A stretch of 18,207 bases of DNA from Verrucomicrobiota bacterium (GTDB taxonomy: Bacteria; Verrucomicrobiota; Verrucomicrobiia; Opitutales; Coraliomargaritaceae), in the NCBI GenBank assembly GCA_039815375.1, contig JBCBZJ010000041.1, positions 1-18,207 of the forward strand, given 5' to 3'. The number at the start of each line of letters is the position of its first letter. Within the stretch, counting starts at the first letter, position 1. Positions 1 through 9,188 of this stretch are shown piece by piece. Position numbers and translations under genes: made by a program. Below the pieces are notes generated by a model. That model searched no databases and had not been told where the DNA came from. It worked only from the letters and a program-made list of their open reading frames with translations.

Positions 1-118
1 AGTCCGAAAAGACCAGTAGCATTACTTGATCATAACGTTATCTATTATCGAAAGACATCCGCACCGACTTCTGCATTTACGGCTTGATGCAACGCAGTTC
101 TTTCATTCGTCAGTAGGC

Positions 119-235
119 ATGACCAGAACTCTCGTCATCACTATCTGTCTGATCAACCTAGCCATCGCTCTGGCTGTCATCGTCATGGTTAATACGCGGC
201 AGAGATACGATGCTCTTCTGTATCAGGCACTCTAG
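119..235 (+). CDS. Possible small single-pass membrane peptide (38 aa)
   Basis: ATG at 119 gives MTRTLVITICLINLAIALAVIVMVNTRQRYDALLYQAL, one ~20-aa hydrophobic segment followed by basic residues. AGTAGG lies just upstream. No family recognised. Confidence 0.35.
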   Translation: MTRTLVITICLINLAIALAVIVMVNTRQRYDALLYQAL

Positions 236-296
236 AATCAGAAACAAATAGCGAGACGCACTTTACAGATACCTCAATCGTAGCGAATCTGAAAAG

Positions 297-2765
297 GTGG
301 ACGCTCTGGAAATACAGCTCAAAGTTCCGGATCTCTGGCAGCAGAAGGCAGTTAACCTTCTTGCCGCCGAACATGACGTAATCATTGATGCGCCAACTGG
401 TAGTGGGAAAACCTACATTTTTGAGCTGCTGGTCGAACAGGGTATTTTCCGGCGTTGCGTCTACACCGTGCCAACCCGCGCCCTCGCCAATGACAAGTTT
501 CGCGAGTGGGAGAACAAGGGCTGGCGTGTCGGTATCGAAACGGGCGACCTGAGCTACAATCAGGATGCTCCCGTCATCGTTGCAACGCTCGAAACCCAGA
601 AGCACGCGCTTATGCTCGGAAAAGGACCGGAATTACTGGTCGTCGACGAATACCAAATGCTGGGCGATCCAGCACGTGGCATGAATTACGAACTGGCGCT
701 TGCGATGGCCCCGGAGTCTACCCGTTTGCTGCTACTCAGTGGAAGCGTGGCAAATCCAGCCGACGTCCAGCAATGGCTCTCACGAAGTGATCGTTCGGTG
801 CAGATCGTCCAACATAAGGAACGCCCGGTGCCGCTTGAGGAACCCTCTCTCGACGGACTCCCCGAGCTTCCGACGAAAAACACCATTCAGGGACGCTGGC
901 CGCGCTCTATTTCCCGTGCACTCGAGGCCGGCCTTGGCCCGATTCTCGTCTTCGCGCCGCGCCGTAAAGCCGCGGAGACTCTCGCGCTGCAGCTCGCCCG
1001 ACAGCTCAAGGAACCGGCTGCCATCGCGCTTTCACCCGAGCAAAAAGCCATCGCCGGACCTCAACTTGGCAACTGCCTGAAACAACGGATCGCCTTCCAT
1101 CATAGCGGCATGAGCTATGCGCAGCGCGCTGCTCTGGTTGAGCCTTTGGCCAAAGCGAGCCAGCTCAAGGTCATCGTCGCGACCACAGGCTTGGCTGCTG
1201 GAATTAATTTCGCGATGCGCTCCGTGCTGATTTCCGACAATGAATACCGAGTCGCAGAAAACCATCACCAACTCCGGCCCGATGAGCTCCTGCAAATGTT
1301 CGGGCGCGCCGGCCGTCGTGGCCTGGACTCCTGCGGCTATGCGCTCCACACTACAGGCACACCTCGCCTCTCGGAAGCACGTCCGCTCAAACTCAAGCGC
1401 GAAGATAAAATCGATTGGCCCTCACTGATCACCGTCTTGCAGACCGCTCATGATTCGGGTGAGCCACCGCTGGAAGCAACTCGTGGGCTGACCAGCCGAC
1501 TTTTCACGAGTGGTCACATCGCACTCGGCCTGGACAATTTCCTTAAACGAAAACAATCACCGGTTGACAATTCTTCCGGCAAACCTGCCGACCAGGCCCT
1601 GGCCGGAGGAAGCGTTAAGGAGTTCTTAAATAGTGAGGGCTTTTGGGAACGGAAACGGGCCACTGCCCTATTCTCTTTAAAAGACTGCCTTCAACTTGAG
1701 AAAGACCGATGGATACCCGCGCTGTCGAGCACCCGCATTCTTTCGAGCCTTCGACTGGGCACGCTTTGGAAACAAAGCACGGGTAAGGAAAAACGCTACG
1801 GCCTCCAGATCCCTATCGCCCAATTTTCCGCGGAAGCTGGTGAAGACAAACTCCTTCTTTCTAAATGGCTACTCAAGGCACTACGCGCGCAGGCACGAGT
1901 AGAAGGGAAGAAACCGAATGTTCCCCGTTATTGGACATTGCCCTCAATCGAAATGAGAATCGTGCCGATACTTCCTGAACTGACCAATGGTGGACGCTCG
2001 ATCGAGCTGCAGACCTCAGGCAATCATCTGACGGCCCATCTTGATTATAGCGAAGCGCAGATCCATGCTTACAAAGACTCAAACGGTAAAGCTCTTCTCA
2101 ACCCACGCGAACGCAGACGCGAAATCGCGGGCAGTGGGTCACTACAAGAAGCGACGAAGGCTGTCTTCAATTCAAATGCTTCGATTGCGGAGCAATGGTT
2201 TCAGCTTGGACTGATCAATCTGGAGGCCCGACCAACAAGGCGCGGTATCATCTTTTCATTCTTCAGTCATGGCGAAGGACTCGCCATCGCGGCCGCGCTC
2301 GAGGCAAACAACTATCCAATTGAAGAGCTGATCTATGATTTGGCCAACATTCGGGCAGGCCACCGCTTCAATACGCTTGCTCTTGCCGGACGCTCACTCA
2401 CCACTTTCTGCCAGGAACGATATGGCTCAATCAACCTCGCCGGCTATCTGCGGCGAGGCCTACCGGAGGACTATGGAGAGGGTGCCAGCGAGGTGATCTA
2501 CAATATCGAGAAGCGCAGCAGCCAGGCGTCGGAATATCTGGATGATGAGCTGAGTCACGGCGATATCGAGCGAGCCCAACTCGAATGGCGCAGCCTGCGC
2601 ACCCACATCGCCCATGCACCCGACTACGATTGGGATCGCTGGATAGAGCTGAAACAGGCCTGCCGTGCATCTCTCGAGAGAGAACACTGCAGTCTACCTT
2701 TTGAGAACCTACCCCCACTCACACCTCAACAAAGCTCAACCCGAATCTGGGAAGCCCATGGTTGA
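297..2765 (+). CDS. SF2 DEAD/DEAH-box helicase, Ski2/HelY-like, with an unrecognised C-terminal half
   Basis: Q-motif (LWQQKA), motif I APTGSGKT, Ia VPTRALAN, II VVDEYQ, III LSGS, HHSG, V TGLAAGIN and VI QMFGRAGRRG. GTG start. Confidence 0.9.
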   Translation: MDALEIQLKVPDLWQQKAVNLLAAEHDVIIDAPTGSGKTYIFELLVEQGIFRRCVYTVPTRALANDKFREWENKGWRVGIETGDLSYNQDAPVIVATLETQKHALMLGKGPELLVVDEYQMLGDPARGMNYELALAMAPESTRLLLLSGSVANPADVQQWLSRSDRSVQIVQHKERPVPLEEPSLDGLPELPTKNTIQGRWPRSISRALEAGLGPILVFAPRRKAAETLALQLARQLKEPAAIALSPEQKAIAGPQLGNCLKQRIAFHHSGMSYAQRAALVEPLAKASQLKVIVATTGLAAGINFAMRSVLISDNEYRVAENHHQLRPDELLQMFGRAGRRGLDSCGYALHTTGTPRLSEARPLKLKREDKIDWPSLITVLQTAHDSGEPPLEATRGLTSRLFTSGHIALGLDNFLKRKQSPVDNSSGKPADQALAGGSVKEFLNSEGFWERKRATALFSLKDCLQLEKDRWIPALSSTRILSSLRLGTLWKQSTGKEKRYGLQIPIAQFSAEAGEDKLLLSKWLLKALRAQARVEGKKPNVPRYWTLPSIEMRIVPILPELTNGGRSIELQTSGNHLTAHLDYSEAQIHAYKDSNGKALLNPRERRREIAGSGSLQEATKAVFNSNASIAEQWFQLGLINLEARPTRRGIIFSFFSHGEGLAIAAALEANNYPIEELIYDLANIRAGHRFNTLALAGRSLTTFCQERYGSINLAGYLRRGLPEDYGEGASEVIYNIEKRSSQASEYLDDELSHGDIERAQLEWRSLRTHIAHAPDYDWDRWIELKQACRASLEREHCSLPFENLPPLTPQQSSTRIWEAHG

Positions 2766-3019
2766 GACTGACTAGCCGGCTAATTGACCAGATACATCTG
2801 ATGACAGAAGCAGAGTTTCCGGAACGACGATCTTTCATTCCGCAATGCGGAATACTTCAACCCGCACACGTGATCGGATCAAAGCAGCTCACTGATGTCT
2901 ATCTCCCTGGGCCGGCAATTAAGCACAAAGGTCATTTGACGACCTTCGACAGAAATATAGGAATTGATGCAGTGACTCGAGCAGAATCTAGGAATATAGA
3001 AGTTATTCAGCGGACCTAA
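2762..3019 (+). pseudogene. N-terminally truncated VapC/PIN-domain toxin remnant
   Basis: GSKQLTDVYLPGPAIKHKGHLTTFDRNI...AV..A....IEVI matches the C-terminal half of VapC-family PIN RNases (qlTDaYLlaLA..hgg.LaTfD). The N-terminal LLDvNV strand is missing, prolines replace helix leucines, and no antitoxin is upstream. Confidence 0.65.
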
Positions 3020-3022
3020 ACC

Positions 3023-3988
3023 ATGTCGTCACACAAACAGCTTGCCAACTGGTATGCCCAGCTCGGGCAGCACCTCGAGGCCGGAATACTTCTCTCGGAT
3101 GCCCTGCGTCTTTGCGAAGGACCTCCCAAGAAAGACAGAGAGGCTATGGCTGAGCGTATCCAGAATGGCGATACAATAGAGGCAGTGATGCGCGATGCGC
3201 CGAAATGGATGCCGAGATCGGATCGCTTTTTTGTTTTAGCTGCGATGGAGACCGGCAACCTCCCGCAAACTCTTTCGAACCTATCCGATCGCCATGAAAA
3301 GATCGGTGCGACTCAGCTCAAGGTCATCCTCGGCCTACTCTACCCGCTGGGAGTCTTTCACATCGCTGCACTTTTACTGCCGATCGTTCGGATGATTGAT
3401 TACGAAGCCGGCTTTCAATGGGACCCTGCGCGCTACCTCATTCAGCTGTTCACACTACTGATTCCGGTTTGGGCCGCGCTGGGGCTCATCCATTATCTTG
3501 GCCGCAAAGACCACCCTCTCTTACCCAAGCTCCTGAGGTGTCTGCCTCTTCTCAAAAAATACAGCGAAATGCAGGCACTTGCGGACCTCTCCTACTCACT
3601 CGGCACCTTAATCGCAGCAGGAGTGCCTGCACCTTCGGCATGGCGACTCTCGACAAAGATCGTCAAAGACAAGCCCATCGAGAGAGCTGTGGCAAAACTG
3701 GAACCCACTTTTGCCAAGGGGCACGAGCCCGCTGACCAACTGAAGCAATTCAAGTGCTTCCCCGCAGAATTCACCACCTTTTACAAGACCGGCGCTAAGA
3801 GCGGTAATCTCGACAGAAACCTTCTACACGCCGGACGGCAATTTCAGGAAAAAGCCAACAACGCGATGACTACTGCGGCAATCGCCTACCCCTCGCTCTT
3901 TTTCGCAATCGTCGCAGGGGTCATCATAGTGACTATTTTTCAGGTTTACGGCAACTACCTGAACCTATTCAAAACCTTATCCGGGTAA
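3023..3988 (+). CDS. Type II secretion system F family / PilC-like inner-membrane platform protein
   Basis: Two T2SSF repeats (QLGQHLEAGILLSDAL...AMETGNLPQTL...LLYP and SLGTLIAAGVP...TGAKSGNLDRNL...IAYP) with three hydrophobic segments. Confidence 0.9.
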   Translation: MSSHKQLANWYAQLGQHLEAGILLSDALRLCEGPPKKDREAMAERIQNGDTIEAVMRDAPKWMPRSDRFFVLAAMETGNLPQTLSNLSDRHEKIGATQLKVILGLLYPLGVFHIAALLLPIVRMIDYEAGFQWDPARYLIQLFTLLIPVWAALGLIHYLGRKDHPLLPKLLRCLPLLKKYSEMQALADLSYSLGTLIAAGVPAPSAWRLSTKIVKDKPIERAVAKLEPTFAKGHEPADQLKQFKCFPAEFTTFYKTGAKSGNLDRNLLHAGRQFQEKANNAMTTAAIAYPSLFFAIVAGVIIVTIFQVYGNYLNLFKTLSG

Positions 3989-4564
3989 GCGCATCAGGCG
4001 CACTTCCTCAGCCCCGGTCGAACGGCTTGGGTAAGTCTGTTGGGGTATGTAGGACTCAAGCGTCTCAAATTGCTCACTGAATAATTGATCGATCTCTTCA
4101 GCAGAAATCGGATGGGGCGGACCTTCGCCAGTGTAATTGGAAACTTTCCGAAAGAAGACTGCGAGATACCGGCCTCCCGGTTTTAATGCCAAGCACAGGG
4201 CTTTTGTATAGGCCTCACGTTCCGAAGGCTCTATCGCACACAGGCAGGTATGCTCAACCACCCAGTCAAACTGCCGGTGAAACCTTTCTTCTAAATTCAG
4301 GAAGTCACCGATCTCGTAACGCTCTGCACCCGCTACCGGAAACTCTGCCGCTTTGCGCAACGCGCTCGGCGCAATATCCAAACCCAGGACTTCAGCACCC
4401 TGGCCCGCAAGCAACCTGACATCATGACCCGAGCCACAACCGGGAACCAGCACTTTGCCGGAAACCTCATTTTGCTGCAAAAACTCGGCCAAGGGCGGTG
4501 CGGCATAGCCTTTATCCCAGGGCGTGTTTTGGTTTTCGTATGCGCTGTTCCAGTCGCGTGCCAT
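3977..4564 (-). CDS. SAM-dependent methyltransferase, thiopurine/halide (TPMT/HMT-like) family
   Basis: W...Y....TPWD.G...P.L, SAM motif VLVPGCGSGHD, GLDIAP, FDWVVEHTCLCAIEP..R..Y, LKPGG and GPPH. ATG at 4564 is preferred over TTG at 4579. Confidence 0.88.
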   Translation of the reverse strand: MARDWNSAYENQNTPWDKGYAAPPLAEFLQQNEVSGKVLVPGCGSGHDVRLLAGQGAEVLGLDIAPSALRKAAEFPVAGAERYEIGDFLNLEERFHRQFDWVVEHTCLCAIEPSEREAYTKALCLALKPGGRYLAVFFRKVSNYTGEGPPHPISAEEIDQLFSEQFETLESYIPQQTYPSRSTGAEEVRLMRLPG

Positions 4565-4582
4565 TTTATCCAGATACAAAAG

Positions 4583-4679
4583 TGGCCAGGCACCCTACGG
4601 CACACGTGAATCCAACTACCGCTGCTTCCTTCCGGATCTGACGGGGTTCGCTGGTCCATCGTTGCATAGGACCCGGCCA
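4583..4679 (-). ncRNA. ffs: Signal recognition particle RNA (4.5S, small bacterial SRP)
   Basis: The minus strand reads ...CCCCGTCAGATCCGGAAGGAAGCAGCGG..., the conserved helix 8 with its GGAA tetraloop. The ends TGGCCGGG and CCTGGCCA pair to close a ~97-nt hairpin. Confidence 0.95.
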
Positions 4680-4957
4680 GGATGGAGCAGACACCCATAC
4701 ACCCGATGGTATCAACCATAAAATTGGGAAAATTCCTCTAGACGACCTTCTCGATCAATGACAACGACGCGCGGATGCAGTTGCCAACCGCCTCGTCCTT
4801 GCGAGAGATGAAATTTCCGATTTCGAAGGGAACGTGGTTCGAGACACCCTTTATTGCGATGGCCTCGTCGAAACACAGATAAGCCGAGCATGACAATGAA
4901 TATCTTTTCAAGCACTTCAGGGTTGGACCTCAATGGCTGAATCATCCAATCTTGAAC

Positions 4958-6022
4958 ATGATGCAGGAAGCCGTTATCCAACAACGCAAACAGTTCTTCC
5001 CAATCAATGAACTCTTTCGGGATTATTTGACGCAATACCGGCGTGGCATGGAACTACCTCTAACCTACGAGGACATGCTGAAATACGAGGACTCATTTCC
5101 TCTGCTGGACAAGCAAGGCGAGGATACACTTTGGCAGACCTTGATCTACGAAGCACAGTTCGGCCGAGAACTCTACGAAGGTCTAAAGAAGATCTACGTG
5201 ATTCTACGATCCGGGGGTGACGAATCGGTGCTGCGCAACCTCTATGTAGACAGGGTCGATTTCTGCACCTTTGGCAATACCAAGCCGATGCGCGTCCGTA
5301 TAGTAAACCAATATAACGATAACCACGACTACTTCTACGTCAAAAAGGCCGATGCTTCGCGCGTCTACGGCCTCGAGCTTGAGGAACTACTGTCCCCCAA
5401 CGACATCAATTTTCTTGTCTACCAGGACACTTTAATTGAAGAGCACATTATCGGTGTGCCCGGTGACGATTTTATTCGCGAATACATGACGCGCCCCGAC
5501 CTTCATGAAGTTCGCCTGGCGAAAGAATTTATCAAATTCAATGAGCGGTCATTCGTGCGCCTCCTTGGCGACATGCGAGCCTATAACTACGTGGTCGAAG
5601 TGACACCCGACTTCGAGGAAACCCAATACCGTGTTCGTGCCATCGACTTCGACCAGCAAAGCTACGAAGGCAAACGAACACTTTACCTGCCACAGTTCTT
5701 CAAAAACAACCTCCCGGTTGTAAAACTCTGCACCGATTTGATCAACGTTGAGACCAGCAAACAGTATCAACGTGAGGAGCGTAGCCTAATGAAGCGCCGC
5801 CTCAACTTTGCTCTTGCCCGGATCCAACACCTGCGGGAGTGCATGTGCACTGATCGAATTTCCAGCGAGGAGAAAACTTACCAGCTGCGCAAGGAGCTTG
5901 CCTCCATGCACAACGATTTCCGCTTTATGCTTTGCCAGTCAATGGGTGAGATTACCTTCCTCAATATCACAATAACTCTAGGCCTCGAAGACAAGGCCGC
6001 TTACTATCCGGAGGGCTCGTAA
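4958..6022 (+). CDS. Conserved hypothetical protein with a putative atypical (HipA/PI3K-like) kinase fold
   Basis: Long clean ORF (ATG at 4958 or 4961). Ordered motifs FGNTKP...YFYVKK...LELE...LLGDMRAYN...RAIDFD. The CDS call is strong; the kinase function is inferred. Confidence 0.8.
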   Translation: MMQEAVIQQRKQFFPINELFRDYLTQYRRGMELPLTYEDMLKYEDSFPLLDKQGEDTLWQTLIYEAQFGRELYEGLKKIYVILRSGGDESVLRNLYVDRVDFCTFGNTKPMRVRIVNQYNDNHDYFYVKKADASRVYGLELEELLSPNDINFLVYQDTLIEEHIIGVPGDDFIREYMTRPDLHEVRLAKEFIKFNERSFVRLLGDMRAYNYVVEVTPDFEETQYRVRAIDFDQQSYEGKRTLYLPQFFKNNLPVVKLCTDLINVETSKQYQREERSLMKRRLNFALARIQHLRECMCTDRISSEEKTYQLRKELASMHNDFRFMLCQSMGEITFLNITITLGLEDKAAYYPEGS

Positions 6023-6429
6023 GCATCCCGTAAGGTCTGCCAGGGTAGCAGTGCGCAATTGATTCGTGAGGGAAACTGGCGGACCCCCTGAAGTGCAACC
6101 AGATCGTCTTCGGAAGCGAAATCTTCAACATCCTCACTCAAGAGAAGCCGGACGCGTTCCTGAACTTGAGCGGCTTCCTGCAGCGTCTTACCGACAAGCG
6201 CCTGCGTCATCATCGAGGCACTGGCATTACAAATCGCACAGCTGGCCGACTCGAACCGGATCGCTTCAATACGTTCGTCTCTGATTTTTAGGTATACCTC
6301 AACTTTGTCGCCACAGAGTTTATTGTAGCCTTCGGCCTGATGCGTGGCATCGGTTAGAGCACCATAATTCCTCGGCTGCTTATTGTGGTCGAGGATGATA
6401 GATTGGTAGAGTTCTTCGAGCTCTGGCAT
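6004..6429 (-). CDS. sufU: SUF-system Fe-S assembly / sulfur-transfer protein SufU (IscU/NifU-N family)
   Basis: LYQSIILDH.K.PRN.G, N.LCGD, CAIC.ASAS.M and GVRQFPSRINCA.L.W. The SufU-type insertion before the third Cys is present and the IscU LPPVK motif is absent. Confidence 0.9.
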   Translation of the reverse strand: MPELEELYQSIILDHNKQPRNYGALTDATHQAEGYNKLCGDKVEVYLKIRDERIEAIRFESASCAICNASASMMTQALVGKTLQEAAQVQERVRLLLSEDVEDFASEDDLVALQGVRQFPSRINCALLPWQTLRDAYEPSG

Positions 6430-6438
6430 ATGATCGTC

Positions 6439-8460
6439 CTAGAAGGCTTCCATCATCTCGTCGAGATCATCGGTTGGGGGAAGGCATTGAGTGCCGACGC
6501 AAAGTTGGTAGGCAGCAGGCAACGCATCATCTAAGACCTGCTGGATGAAGCAGCGCCGCCATGGCTTTGAAGCGATTGCGTCACGTAGGGAATTCAAGTC
6601 TGCCGAGCTTGTTACTTTGATCACGGCAATGCCGATAGCATCTGTAGCGGCAGCCTCAAGGCCATGAGCTACACCAGAAGCAACTTTGACTGCATAGTCG
6701 GAATAGACGGGTAGCATTGCCTTGAATTCAGAAGCGTATCTACCTTCGCCAGTCAGGGCATGGATTCCGCTTAGTGCATGCATGAGCACAGAGTTGCCGG
6801 AAGGCATGGCATTATCAAACCATTCCTTGCGACGTGCAACCGGGGTTTTCACTCCTTTTGCAGTAAAGAAAAAGCCGACCATATGCTCATCACCGAACTG
6901 TTCCAGAGCAACGTCGACGATGCGCTGCGCACGCTCCTGCCAAAGCCCGGACTGCCCCGGCTGAAGCCAGTCAATCTTCGAAGCAATGGTTAGAAATGCG
7001 TCGGCCACGGTTGCGTAATCATGAAGAAAGCCGTCCACATGGGCACCCTTGGCTTCATAGAAAACAGCACGTAGCAGAAGCTTGTCACTCTGCCTATGGA
7101 CGAGTTCGTTCCAGATAAACTCGGCTGCCTTGAGCGCGCGCTCCAACCAATCGGGACGATTGAAATAAAATCCGGCATCGGCCATCGCGCGAACCATCAT
7201 CGCATTCCAAAAAGTGCTGATCTTGGTGTCCTTACCCGGCGGAATTCGCTCGGCCTCACGATGCGCAAGAAGTTGGGCACGGGCCTCTTTGAGCTTTTCG
7301 CGGACTTTAAAGTCGGACTCTACGAGCGCGGGATTCGCGGTGCCATGTTCAAAGTTACCCTCGCTGGTTATGTTATAGGTTGCGCGAATCTCCCTGGCGA
7401 GCGATGGTCCCAGGACTGCATCAACCTGTTCGGGCGTCCAAACGTAATACTTCCCTTCCTCGCCATCACTGTCTGCATCAAGTGCCGCGTAGAAAGCTCC
7501 ACCGGAAGCACTCATTTCGCGTTCGAGCCAGGCGATGGTCTCCTCAACAACTGCGGCATAAAGCGGAAATTGGTTGTCGATCCAGGCTCGCGTGTAGGCA
7601 TCGATCAGTAGTGCATTATCGTAAAGCATCTTCTCGAAGTGCGGAATGAGCCAATGCACATCCACACTATACCTTGCGAAACCGCCGCCAAATTGATCAT
7701 AGATGCCTCCATGGGCCATCGCCCGAAGCGTAACATGGGTTACCTTGTCGATACGCTTCGCGAGCGTCTCATCAGACTCCAAGGCAGCCGAGCGCCGAAG
7801 CGCCCGAAGAAAATTGAGTGCCATCGAGGGCGGAAACTTCGGTGCGCCTCCAAATCCACCGAACTCATCGTCATGGTTGCCACAAATACCCTGCGCGGCG
7901 GCAAGCAAATTCTCATTGCTCCACACCGCGCCCGCACCATCGTTCGCAGCTGCCTGCGTATTCGCGAGGATGTTGCTCTGGATTGAGTCGGCATTTTCAA
8001 TCAGTTCAGCCTTCGACCGCTTGTAGTAATCCGCGATACGCATGAGGAGCTGCGGCCAAGGGACGATACCGTGACCACGTTCCTCAGGCGGGAAATAAGT
8101 GCCGCCAAAGAAGGGTCGTCCATCGGGTAGGCAAAAAACGTTCAGCGGCCAACCACCCTGTTGCTGGATCATCTGGATAGCTTCCATGTAGACCTGATCC
8201 ACGTCGGGCCGCTCTTCACGGTCTACTTTCACACAGACAAAGTGTTTGTTCATCAAATCCGCAATATAGGGGTCCTCAAAACTCTCGTGAGCCATGACAT
8301 GACACCAATGGCAGGCCGAATACCCAATTGAAACAAGCAGCGGTTTACCTGTGGCCTCGGCCGCTTCGAGAGCTTCCTGCCCCCAGGGATACCACTCCAC
8401 CGGATTATCTGCATGTTGTCTCAGGTAGAGGCTGTTTTCTGACGCTAGTCGGTTCTGCAT
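6439..8460 (-). CDS. YyaL/SSP411-like protein (DUF255 thioredoxin domain plus alpha/alpha toroid)
   Basis: [84 protein letters not shown] and D.A.PSGNS. Confidence 0.93.
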   Translation of the reverse strand: MQNRLASENSLYLRQHADNPVEWYPWGQEALEAAEATGKPLLVSIGYSACHWCHVMAHESFEDPYIADLMNKHFVCVKVDREERPDVDQVYMEAIQMIQQQGGWPLNVFCLPDGRPFFGGTYFPPEERGHGIVPWPQLLMRIADYYKRSKAELIENADSIQSNILANTQAAANDGAGAVWSNENLLAAAQGICGNHDDEFGGFGGAPKFPPSMALNFLRALRRSAALESDETLAKRIDKVTHVTLRAMAHGGIYDQFGGGFARYSVDVHWLIPHFEKMLYDNALLIDAYTRAWIDNQFPLYAAVVEETIAWLEREMSASGGAFYAALDADSDGEEGKYYVWTPEQVDAVLGPSLAREIRATYNITSEGNFEHGTANPALVESDFKVREKLKEARAQLLAHREAERIPPGKDTKISTFWNAMMVRAMADAGFYFNRPDWLERALKAAEFIWNELVHRQSDKLLLRAVFYEAKGAHVDGFLHDYATVADAFLTIASKIDWLQPGQSGLWQERAQRIVDVALEQFGDEHMVGFFFTAKGVKTPVARRKEWFDNAMPSGNSVLMHALSGIHALTGEGRYASEFKAMLPVYSDYAVKVASGVAHGLEAAATDAIGIAVIKVTSSADLNSLRDAIASKPWRRCFIQQVLDDALPAAYQLCVGTQCLPPTDDLDEMMEAF

Positions 8461-8559
8461 CTGCTTAAATTATAAAGATTTGCCATCGGGCATCCGAATC
8501 GATTTAGTTATAGGCAAGGACCCCAGAATGGATAATATATTCACCAAGAGTGATATACT

Positions 8560-9021
8560 ATGAGTAGCAAGCGTAGAAACGGATTTACCCTAATTGAGAT
8601 CATGATCGTTGTCGTGATGATCGGCTTGTTAGCGGCAATGTCCATGCCTGCATTTCAAAGAGTCCGCCATAACTCACAGAATGCGAACTTTGCAAACGAT
8701 GTGCGGATTTTCTCCGGTTTAATTGAAACCTACATAACTGAAATCGGCACCTACCCGGAAAACTCGGCTCCGGGGGTAATCCCCACAGGCTTTGAGTCTT
8801 ACGTGAAGACGGAGCAGTGGTATGGTGCGCCTTCAATTGGCGGAGATTGGGATTTCGAAAGAGATACCTCGGGTATTAAAATTGCAGTGGGTGCTCATGG
8901 ATTTCATGCGACGGACAAGCAGCTGCAAAAACTCGACTCGGAATATGACGATGGTGGCCTGAGCACCGGAGAATTTCGGAAACTAGCGAGTGGCGGGTAT
9001 TACTTTATCATTTCCGAATAG
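8560..9021 (+). CDS. Type IV pilin / GspG-like pseudopilin, paralog 1
   Basis: Class III signal peptide KRRNG|FTLIEIMIVVVMIGLLAAMSMP with Glu5 and Pro22. Confidence 0.9.
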   Translation: MSSKRRNGFTLIEIMIVVVMIGLLAAMSMPAFQRVRHNSQNANFANDVRIFSGLIETYITEIGTYPENSAPGVIPTGFESYVKTEQWYGAPSIGGDWDFERDTSGIKIAVGAHGFHATDKQLQKLDSEYDDGGLSTGEFRKLASGGYYFIISE

Positions 9022-9188
9022 AAATACACAAAGAAACACGGTGCTCACACAGCCAAAAAGAGGGAAAACACCTTAGTTTATGAGTGTGCAAGCCGTTCTA
9101 TTTAAAGAAAGTATGAAACGGATTAACTTGTCTATTCGCTGCTAGCAGTTTGCCGAATTTTCACTAGGATATTGCATTATTCCTAGTA

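Noticed and set aside
297..3019. Helicase plus PIN as an anti-phage defence system
   Set aside because: The PIN gene is a truncated remnant, and the neighbourhood is housekeeping rather than a defence island.
4686..4715. Possible ffs promoter TTGATA-N18-TCTGCT (minus strand)
   Set aside because: The position is plausible, but the -10 match is too poor to call.
4333..5035. ORFs 4333-4719, 4424-4609, 4524-4721 and 4712-5035
   Set aside because: They overlap the SRP RNA or well-supported genes and show no motifs.
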